This document shows positions 27,601 to 37,818 of a stretch of 64,000 nucleotides of DNA, in pieces. The notes below the pieces were generated by a model that saw nothing but the letters and a program-made list of their open reading frames with translations, was not told where the DNA came from and did no database searches. Location of the stretch: NCBI GenBank assembly GCA_051294375.1, contig CM119268.1, positions 10,114,370 through 10,178,369 of the forward strand, written 5' to 3'. The DNA comes from Paraspadella gotoi. Its lineage: Eukaryota; Animalia; Chaetognatha. Every line of letters starts with the position of its first letter. Position 1 is the stretch's first letter. Made by a program: the position numbers and the translations under genes.

Positions 27601-29180
27601 GACGACCTCAATGTTGTCGGCCCGCACTCTTTCACAGAGGATCGTGACTTCGTCGCCACCGGCCGCGGTTCCGCAGATCGGGCTGACCCGCGTCATGGTC
27701 AGGAAATGGTTGGCGGCTTTGTCGTAAATCGGCAAGGTGGTCACTGTCGCCCTGTGCACGGTCGGTCCCGCGACTTCGATGATTGCCTGGACGGAGAAAT
27801 TTTGTCCATATGTACAAGCATAGATTAGAATTATAAGTAACTACACGAAATACAGGTAATATACTTATAAACTGAAAGCTCTGACCTGTAGCAAAGAATA
27901 ATGGGTTTTGTTAGCGACTAAATATATATGGAATTTTCATGTTATAACGTTTATGCTCATAAGAACCAACCTCGCGACATTTTTTTTTCTTTCCAATTTG
28001 ATTCTACACTCCGGGGGATATTTTAAAGATTGATTTTATAGGCTCTAAAAAAACTCAAAGTGAAAATAGAAACAAAAAGAAACAAACCATCTTCTCCTCG
28101 TCACAAAAGATAATAAAAGAAAATGAAAAAAAGTTGCATGAAAGAAACAAGATCCAGTCTCTGGCTGAACCAAGGACCCAAGATATTTCCTTTAATGACT
28201 TAAACGATAATAACTTTTTCCGTAACGAATTTCACGGCTTTATTATCTCACGTCATTTAACAAAAACAGACGGCTGCAACCATGATTAAAAAAAGAAAGA
28301 AAAAAGTGAAGAAGAAAAAAAGGAAGAAGAAAGAAGAAAGAGAAATATTAATCTTAAAAAGAGAACACAAGAGAGTGAAAAAGGCAGAGTGAAAGCAAGA
28401 AAGAAAAAATGAAGAAGTAAAAAAGAAAAGAAAATGGAAGAAAGAAAGAAAAAAGAAAAAGGAAAATAAAAGAGGAAAGGAAAAAAAAAAACATTACCCA
28501 CTGGCACTTACGTCAAAAAAAAGTTTAAATGAGTGAAAATCATATTGTTCGGCTTTAAAATTTTCCGCTTCTGCAATTTTTTTGGTGACTCGTTGGAGTT
28601 TAACGTTTCTCATAGAAACGCGACTTTCGCCCTTGCCAATGTAAAGCGTGCAAATGCCGTCTGAAAGAAAACGGAGTTTCCTTGAATGACTCAGGAAAAA
28701 AAGACTCACTGTGAAGCGGAACCGCGAAAACTCACCTTTGCATCCTTCTCCGACGAGCTTGTTTGGATGTTTTTTAGGAGGAGTAGAATCGTCGTTACAA
28801 ACGCAAGTTACGTTTATTATCGCTGGCCCTGAAAAGTATTAGGTTAAAAATTATCATTTTAGTAGTCATTTGCAACACAGTCTATAATTACGTTGCAGTC
28901 TGGTTGGTCTGGTAGTCTATTTTCTACTCAGGGACTCCGCCTATCGAGCGAGGTCATTCTGTCAGTAATATTTGCAAAAACAAACATAATGATACGGAAA
29001 TTACTTACCGACGCCATTGGTGATTTCTACGGCGGGGTAAGTCCTATGGTTTATTGAACTATGTTCTCCGAAAATGGGCGTTCCTACTTCTTCTTTAGAC
29101 TTATGTTCCGTCGAATAACAAAATTTTATCTCCTCGTTTGGTTGGACGGCGATTCTGAGGGAAGGTTTTGAGAGGGACAT
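24686..29180 (-). CDS. Divergent full-length Rel paralog ('Rel-C'), ~638 aa
   Basis: Exons 29180-29009, 28828-28736, 28660-28512, 27786-27584, 27301-27143, 26151-26035, 25709-24686 are in phase. Motifs TYPAVEI, HPNKLVG, DGICT, PIYDK, GGDEVTILCERVRADNIEV, LVHKQFAIVVKSP, WTYLP, NLS RKRKK, S/P/Q/N-rich tail ending SLDDLMKIIF. Confidence 0.85.
27016..27117 (+). repeat. ~100-bp interspersed repeat family
   Basis: tgatggaggc..aaaccacc.aagcctgtc...aatgaatgg...tattggttgt.ccaatttca recurs at 39385-39486 (+) and 63770-63872 (-); 3' end alone at ~1403 and ~33424. Confidence 0.8.
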
Positions 29181-30140
29181 TCCGCTTCCTACTTCCCGGC
29201 TCGTGGGAATTTAGTGTGGATTATAATATTTAAAGAAAAGTTACGAATAATTTTTTGAAAGACAAGGGCGTTAAAATGTAATGAGGCACAAGGATGTAGA
29301 TCGTAGAAGAAGGCGCGAGCTTGTAAATTTGTTTTGTAAAAGAGTTTTTTTTTCTTTATTTTGAGCGCTCGACTGTGCATTGAAAATTAAAAAAAAACGT
29401 CTTTGTTGTAGTTTTTTTTGTAGTTTGCAGAGATCAAACATAAAAATAATGGAATGTCGCAAGAAGAATCGGATTCAAGTTGAAGGTCATTTTTAAAGTA
29501 ATATACCTGTTGATTTGCATGTTAAAGGAATTTTTAGAAACAAATAAATATATCTAATCATAGACATCAAAGACAAAGTATTCTCTTCAGTGAGTTCAGT
29601 TTTCGAACGTCCAACATGTTTTTCCTGTTTTAAATAAGACAAACCAGTTTGTTACTTTGGAAATGAGTAAAAAAAATAGAAGCTCGATAGTATTTCTAAA
29701 ATAAAACAAATATTTTCATTAATTAACAACGAGAAAAGCAAAGAACAGCATAAAAATATAATGGCATTTGTAATCGCAATTACTATTCACATGACTATTT
29801 TTTTGGAATGATAACGACAACCACAACGATAAATAACCACGATGAAGAAGATCAAGTTTTCAAATGATGACTTTTTTTTAGAATACGTAATAAGACTCAA
29901 GGAGAACGGGGAAGCCTGTCTATAAAAAAGAACATAATTCTAAAACTTGGACATTGGACAATTATCACAGTTCTTATAACAACCATAATAAAATGAGAAA
30001 AAATGGTGGGTACAAACAAACAAACAAACAAAATTCAAAATAGATATATAATTTTGAAGCGATTTTCCCCCCAGACTTATAAAATTCATATAGCTTATTA
30101 TAAATTTATAATACTAAAAAGTTCATTGTTTGTTTAAAAT

Positions 30141-32737
30141 CTATCCTTCCTCTTTCAGCGACTCCATTTGAAAAGAACTCGAAAAGGAAACAAAAGGGGC
30201 CGTCGGTTCTTTCGGCGCCGATGGGGCAGACGGTCGCAGCGCGCCGGGAGCGCCTTAAGTGACGCAACCAAAGATAATATTTACAAGTAATACTGATTGG
30301 TGAATTAAGCGATATAAAAAAAAAATCATAATTTTTTACCCGCGATTTCTTTGTCCGAACTCGTCGAGGCTCCGTCTCCTCTGGAACGATTCTGTCGAGC
30401 TCTTTTTCCTCCCGCTCCCCACGATCCTCCGCCCGCTCCACCCGGGTCCGCTCCTTCGACCCCGGACTTATCGCCCTCTGCGCCCCCTAAATAAGCCACG
30501 AGCTTGGGATAAAAAGAGCCCCTTTCCATCTCCTTGACGGCGTCGAGGGCGACGACGAAGCGAATGATGTCGGGTAGCGATGTCTCGGGGGTTCGAAGGA
30601 TAGGAACGAAGAGCCGCGCCTTGAGGCCCGGCGACGCCGAATGCACAAATTTGAGAATAAAGTCGCAGTCCGGACAGGTGGAATAGGTGGGCGAGAGGAC
30701 GATTAGGACTTTCCTGCGATTAATTGTATTTTAGTGCCACACGGACTGGACCAATTACGGCTTGATATTTGCGAGTTCCAGAACTTCGGATATTGATGGT
30801 AGTCTGATACTAGAGGGCCAGTAGAGGGGGGTCGGACATTCTGTCCCGCTTATTAGCATTGACGACAATGTGGCGCGAACCCAAGGCAGCTTGGAATGAA
30901 AAGAGAATCCTCGATCTTATGCCCCAGGGCCAGGGGTTACGCTGATGAAGTCAGATGGACCAGACGTTTCTAAGTTATTTACAATTGAGCATACCTGCAG
31001 TGCTTCTTGATGAGTTGAGTCCATTTCGTATATTTTGAATCCCCCAAAATTTGTCCTTAAAAAAAAAAAAATTGTTGGGCGCCGTGTTGAATGCAACTGA
31101 ATTAAACTGATTCAATTCCTCTCGCCTCTGGCTTCGAAGAAGAGTTTAAAGCCCAAACGTTCCAATTCATCGACTATGCTTTTGGTAAATGCGTAATCCT
31201 AAGTCGGATGAAAACCATTTGATAACCACGCATGTTATGTGTATGTCAAAAGTTTAAAAATCAAAGGTATGCACAATTGCAAACCTCTTTGTCGTTGTCG
31301 TTGTAAGAAACAAACGCATCATAGTTTTCTTGGAAAAAGATTGAGGGATCATCAAGAATTGGCCATCGTTTCTCATCGACCGGAAGGACGTCGTCAAAGA
31401 CAGTCACGCCGAGGTCGTTCGAGTCGACGGCGGGATCCTGTTGGCGTTAAAAATTAAAAAAAATGATTTAATTTTATTAACTTTTTGGTTTTCTTTTTTA
31501 ATTTTTTTTCATGCTGTATTAACGATTGTAGATTTCATAAATTTTCTTCTCATACTGAATTAATCGTCATTGCGTCTGCTATTCATATCATACTTTTACT
31601 CTCCGATATGCCTTTTCAGCGTTTTACACCAATAAATGATGAAATAATAATTATTTAACAATCATTTAATAAAAATGATGACTCATTCTAAATATTTTTA
31701 TTGCTCCAACCTGTATTGGATTCCGAGCTTTGAGCGCGGTTATTTCGCGTTGTATGCATCCTCTTAGCGAGTCAACACGCGCCCCCAAACCGATAGTTGT
31801 CATCATAGATAACAGCTGACCTGTAATACTCCGTGGATTATAATTTATTTAAATGATGCAGATATATGTTTTGAACAAGTTGTAAGATACATTTCTCCAG
31901 ATTTTTATAAAAATTATGAGAAGAAATCAATGAAATATTTTAATATTTTGTTTATAACTCTAACCACTCTAACCTTTAACCACAATTTTCGCAAGCTGAA
32001 CAAACATACAATGCCTTTCCTTAAAGATCCCGGATTTCCGATCATGTCTCTTTGTCTATTATGTACTTTGCTTTAAACAAGAGCCAATCTATGCCAATGG
32101 GGATGGGTCAGAAGTTTGATTTGGGAACCTTCCCAAATGAAACTCTATACAATGTTTCAATGGATCAAAATTTTCTAAAATTGCTCAAAGCACTAGTAAT
32201 TATTTTTTAAATATTTATTTATAGATAAAAAATGTCAAAAATATTTTAAATGAATATTTTAATAAATACCGATAATAGATAAAAAATTGAATTTAAACAG
32301 CGTTAAAAAAATTATATTATTAAAATAGGCTAAATAACGTTAATTCAAATGCGAAGCAGTGTTTTAAAAAAGCTTTTGTGTTCGCTTCAGTGATAGGAAG
32401 CCATACACGACTTTTCACGACTTTTATTAGTTTCGTACGAAGATAATTTTTACGTCAATCGTCACTAATGAAGCTGAGGGCTCATATGAATCACGGGTCA
32501 TCAGTAGTATGATTCATTGGGATTCTTGAAGCGAAAAGTAAGAGATGGTGGACACAGGACAGTCAACCTGACTCAAAGATATATAAATTGTTATCAGACT
32601 TGCCTATGCTAATTAGCTTTTTGTCGACATAAAATTCAAAGGCTGCGACGTGTGGTTCTGACGTCGCCGCAATGCTTTCGATAGTCTCCCGGCTCTCATA
32701 CATCTCTTCCATAAACCCTTCCCAGTCTGCACTGGGG

Positions 32738-32808
<71 letters not shown>

Positions 32809-32990
32809 TTGTTTCCTAAATAATTTTTGTTTTATCATGAAAAAAATATTGCCTTAAAAAAGTGGATGATAAAATCACCTTCAGTAACCATCCCGGGATT
32901 CGATTTAAGAGCTGATGCAAGTATTCTTCTGGTTGCTGGCCGTATGATATTTGCAGGCACATTGGTATATTCATCCCAAAAGTTTGCCAT
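30141..32990 (-). CDS. MyD88: MyD88-like adaptor (N-terminal death domain + C-terminal TIR domain), ~389 aa
   Basis: 8 phase-compatible exons (32990-32879, 32741-32568, 31820-31711, 31437-31285, 31198-31126, 31055-30995, 30713-30340, 30253-30141). DD: RRILASAL...ADWEGFMEEM...GQLLSMMTTIG. TIR: YDAFVSY, LIKKHCRKVLIVLSPTY..CDFILKFVHSASPG...VPI...LPDIIRFVVALD (cf. MyD88 LIEKRCRRMVVVVS..CDFQTKFALSLSPG..IPI..FPSILRFITVCD). Confidence 0.88.
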
Positions 32991-33301
32991 TTTTTTTTAT
33001 CTTCTTCAAACTTTCTTTCGTTATAAAAATTTTATTTTGAGGTTAAGAATTTGCTTGTTTTTAAGATATTAAAAATTGGTAGTAGATAGTAAGGTAGACT
33101 TTAATAGATTTTGGAATTCTACAATAGTTTTCATCGTTTTCAAGTACTAATTTAGTAAAACGAGGAGCAATGAAAGAGCAGAGCAGATAAAAGAAAAAGT
33201 TGTATGACTTGCAAATTTGAGAAAAACGGATGACGTAACCTAAACCCGGAACCAAAACATAGCTGTTCGTCTTCTCCAACAACCACCGGTGCATTACTAC
33301 C

Positions 33302-34216
33302 TTACGACAAAAACAACCCGGGGAATTCTTCAGATATGTCCCGAAGCAAAGGACAAGAGTGAATAAGAGATAACTTACAGAGGGGTAAGTAGAATGGAGA
33401 GAAAAAAAGAAACAAGAAAAAAAATATTGGTTGTACCAATTTCATAAAACAAAGTGAAAGCTGAGTCAGGTCATGAGGTTTGAATTCCCTTCAAGTTCCT
33501 TACCCGCGAAAAAAAACGGGTTTTACGACACTAAAAATAGAAAAAATCATCTCTTTTTTTTGGCGAAACCAAGTTTTTAACCTGGACTTCCTTTAACAGC
33601 TCCATCTGTCTAACATAAAGCAAGCAGAATTCCTGGACCACTTGTTTACAGTTGTACAGAGAACAGTCTATAATTGTTAAAACCATTAATTCTTAAATTA
33701 GTAATTTAATAACTTAACAACAAGTCCTTACGTTTATTGTCTGCCTTTATCGTCTCGGAGTTTATGAATAATAATATTATCACCTCCATGATATGCAGCA
33801 ACACAAGCAACAAGGAACTTCAACACAAGAAAAAACAATCATCATAACAAAACAGACCTCGCATAGTAGTTATTGTATTGAATGAATGAATGAACGAATG
33901 AATGATTGAATAAATGAATGAACGAATGAATGCCTGAATAGATGAATGCATGAATGAAATTGTGAATATTTTTTTTTTAAAAATCAGGGCATACCGCACA
34001 TCCGCAGCAGCACCGCGGTTCCTGCCGCCGCAGCTCGCCGTCGAATAGGGAGCAGTTCCACGTCTGCCCGTCACTTTGACTCGCTGCATCGTCAGCAGCT
34101 GCCCCCGCAGCCGGAATCGCAGCGGCGGCGGCGACGTGGTACGGCTCCGGCGGCGGCAGCGGAGACTCAGCCAGTTGCGACGTAGACAGGCAGGAGGAGA
34201 GGCTCGGAGCCACCAT
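33302..34216 (-). CDS. Possible small spliced gene (~100 aa, reading frame ambiguous) divergent from NF-YC
   Basis: GC-rich first exon with donor GCG|GTATGC (33995) and candidate exons 33817-33732, ~33640-33582, ~33374-33302. The frame from ATG 34089 stays open through all four and has a hydrophobic segment (SLLLVLLHIMEVIILLFI); the frame from ATG 34216 gives a Cys-rich 101-aa peptide. Confidence 0.3.
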
Positions 34217-34324
34217 TGAGAAGCGAGGAAGCACGGACCCTACTTTTTTTTAACACGACCGTTGAACGGACAAAGAAATTAACTAATTTTGGACAAGCCC
34301 ATCTTCTCGTCGATTATATTTTTT

Positions 34325-34696
34325 CCAATCGCCCAGGGTGAGTTCGATTCGCGATCGATGAGCTTCATTGGTCATTGGATGTGGGATAATTTCTGATTTG
34401 TCGAGGTCAAAGGTAGTTTCATTGGTTGGCGTCAGCTTCGTACGCCAGCTTCTTCCATTGGCCGAGTCCGAGAATTCTCCCTTTTCCTAACGAAGTCGTT
34501 ATTAGCCAATGGGTTACGCGATTGAGACGCGAAACTCGAAAATGGATCGGTTACGGTAACTGCCATTGGCTGACGCGGGGAAACCGTCTCTTCGTCGAGC
34601 TGAATTGGATTGGCTTCTTCCCCCGTCCAATCTCGGACCAACCCCCCTTTTTTTTCGTGTCATTGGTTGATGGATACGCATTAGAAATTTGATTGG
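34325..34696. promoter_or_regulatory. CCAAT-box-dense bidirectional promoter
   Basis: 12 CCAAT/ATTGG pentamers (34325, 34367, 34374, 34421, 34457, 34506, 34565, 34604, 34609, 34627, 34662, 34692) in ~370 bp. Confidence 0.75.
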
Positions 34697-34832
34697 GAAA
34701 TTCGTCGCCCAGTCGAATAGATGTAAACACGAGCGTTGCTCCTGAGTCACGAATGTGATTAAGAATCGATTTTGTCTCCGATTTGAGTCAAAACTGCATG
34801 GACCTCAATGCAAAAAATGTCTGTCACAGGCG

Positions 34833-36849
34833 ATGTCGAACCAACAGTTTCAGTTGGCCGAACAGCCCATCGAGGATGCCGTCGTCAACACGCCACAGGA
34901 TGCGTCCAACATGCTGGCAACTTTCTGGCAGAGGCAATTACAGGTGCAAGATATTTTAAATTTCTTAGTTATTTAAAGTCAATCTGCCATTTGTCAATTT
35001 TGATTTTTCACAGAACATTCAGAAAGGCGGTCACGGCCAATTCAAAAATCAGTCTTTACCTCTCGCCAGGGTCAAAAAGATCATGAAACTCGACGATGAG
35101 GTTAGTTTTAAATGGCATTCATGTTGATATATTATTCTATATAATTTGACTAGCTATGACTTTAGCTTTGATTCTAGTACATCACAATAACAATAATCGT
35201 GATTATAACAGGTGAAAATGATTTCTGCCGAAGCCCCGTGTCTCTTCGCCAAAGCGGCGGAGATCTTCATCAGCGAGCTGACCCTCCGCGCCTGGATTCA
35301 CACGGAGGACAACAAGAGACGAACGCTGCAACGCAACGACATCGCCATGGCAATCTCCAAGTTTGACCAGTTCGACTTCCTCATCGACATTGTACCGAGG
35401 GACGACCTCAAGCCGCAAAAGGCTAGGTCCGGGGTAAGTGGAGGAGAGTTCTTTGTACTAGGGAAAGATATTGCGTTCTCACAATATACTAATATCTTGT
35501 TTTTTTGCAGCAAATCGGGGATCCCGCTGTGCAGTATTACCTACAGCTTCAGCAACAAGCGGCGCAGCAGTTGAACTCTAACAAAGAGAAAAAACCCGCG
35601 CTGGCGCCTCCAACTTCGCAACCTACTTACGCGACTGCGATCATTCAACCTAACGGACAAATTCAACTCGTGAACGACGAAGGCCAGGTGAGGAAGGAGA
35701 TGGCCGTTTAGCTATTCATCATTCGGTGGGTTTTCGCATTCTTCGTCTTTTAAAAACTTTAAAAAATAATTGAGCGAAACTAGTGTGGCAGACTTTTACA
35801 GCTACATGTACTATTGCGCTCTTCTATTGCATCCGGTTGGAGATCCGCTTTGACTTTTGTGCACTGGATTTTTTTTAATCCTTTATTTCCTGACCCTAGT
35901 ATTTCATAGAGTTGAGGTTACGGGTGGTTTAAGATTAGGGGGTTTAGGGTATCAATTACTATTTTTTTTGTCTAATACAATTTTTATACAGTCATCGAGT
36001 GTAAATTTTTTTCATAATAAGCGAACAACCGTCATCTTTACATTGAATTTATCCACAGATTATTCAACAGCCGATGCAAATACAAGTTATTGCTACTCCA
36101 TCTGATCAAACTACCATCTCGTTAGCTCCAACCAAGGGGGCGACGCCTACGCGGGGCAGCTCTCAAAAGGGTGGCGTTGTATCTGCCAAAGTACAGGCAA
36201 GGCCTGTTGCGGCCAGCAAAGAGGTTAGGTTGTTTGCGCCTTTTTATATGTATGTTTTAAAGTAAAACTGTGAAAATATTATTTCTTCAGCCTGCCAGCT
36301 CGAGCTCTGGACAAATAATTAACATTCAGTCTGTGAGCGGCGCCTCCACATCGACACCACAGCAAATAGCAATGTCGACTGAAACCTTAGGTCAGTTAAA
36401 GCTACATACTGATTAAAATAATAACTGAGGCGACTTTCCACCGGTCTCTCTCTCTAAACCCTTCCTCTCTCGGCTCGGAGAAAGAGGAGAGAGGAAGGGT
36501 TGAGAGAGAGAGACCGGTGGTAAGTCGCCTCATAACATTAGTAAATATGAAGTAACTATTTAAATTATTCTTTCTTCTCTAGAAGGACCCACAACGTCGA
36601 CATCCGACGACGACGAATCTCTCCCTCAAGTTTACCAACAGGTTGTTACAGCATCCGGAGAAATTAAACACATTCCAGTTCAGCTCAGCGAGGCCCAGAT
36701 GCAAGCCATCAGATTGCAAATGCAGCAGGTCAGTAAAGAAAAAACAATGGGTTTTTTATCTGAGTTTGAACAGTTTCCAACGGCTTTTTTTAAAATTTCA
36801 GTCAAATTCGAGCGAAAATTCAAGTCAATTGCAATCAATTTCCATCTAA
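34833..36849 (+). CDS. NFYC: Nuclear transcription factor Y subunit gamma (histone fold + Q-rich C-terminus)
   Basis: [15 protein letters not shown]|[94 protein letters not shown]; about 8 exons. Confidence 0.95.
36426..36532. mobile_element. 107-bp foldback element (mini-MITE / hairpin) in NF-YC intron
   Basis: 46-bp arms TGAGGCGACTT.CCACCGGTCTCTCTCTCT.AACCCTTCCTCTCTC nearly perfectly inverted; TAAC on both flanks. Confidence 0.75.
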
Positions 36850-37818
36850 AACTCCGAGTCGCCAGTTTAACGGTTTATTTTGTTTTTTATCTCGAAAATC
36901 TCGAGAGCGAACCACAAAAACAAATATTGATATATGCCCTGCTCTGTTTTATGGAAACCTCACGAATTTATGTTACTTAATGAATAATGATTAATGATGC
37001 ATCGGCTTACGATTGATCATTTATTGTACACTTTGTACATTGTCATTTTTCACACATTCATTGTAAATGTAAGTTAGTAATAAAAAATTGCCTTCAATGA
37101 AGGCTTCGTTGCAATCTGCAACTTCAGTTTATTATTGAAATGAATTGATAATTGGGATTTTTAGGGAGAACTTTATAAACCTTATCAAACCGGCAATCAT
37201 ATTTAAAAAAATTATCTAGCTACCTGAAGCTGTTACTGGTTTTTTTGGTTTTTTTTACCATATCCTCGTTAAACTTTAAAAAAGTGAGTGAGACCAAATT
37301 TTTTATGACAATATTTAAAACAATAATAATAAAAGAAGGTGGTTTATAGCAGGTCGGAAACTAAGCAAAAGAAACCACACAAGTCAGTCATTCATTCATA
37401 CACTATTAGCATCTCAATTTTTTTATTTTGCTCACATTAGTGTAATACTTTCAAGTTGCTTTACCTCTTTCAGTTCTCTAGTCCTTAGTTTATTATAGAA
37501 TTAGAGCCTGGCTCAGACAGATTAGACTATATTATATATTATTATATTCATACTTTTTTAGAATTAAGTATAAATAAGTATAGAGAAGTTTTGGAATCGC
37601 TCTACAAAAATTACTTATCTTTCACCCATTCTCCGAAACGAGACTATCATTTCGAAAAGCCACAGGATCTTGCATCATGTATTCTACATATAATTAACTT
37701 GAATTTATAAATATAAATAGTAAATACTACATAGGAGAGTTATAAAATACCCCGGAAGAGACCGTTTGTAATGGCAAATTACGAAGGCCTTTTTCTGTGT
37801 GACGTTGATAAGACCATA

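Noticed and set aside
17656-34216. Operon with spliced-leader trans-splicing
   Set aside because: No SL RNA gene is seen, only Rel-B has an acceptor-like tttcag before its ATG, and MyD88 and Rel-C have plausible own promoter motifs; kept only as a test under the cluster finding
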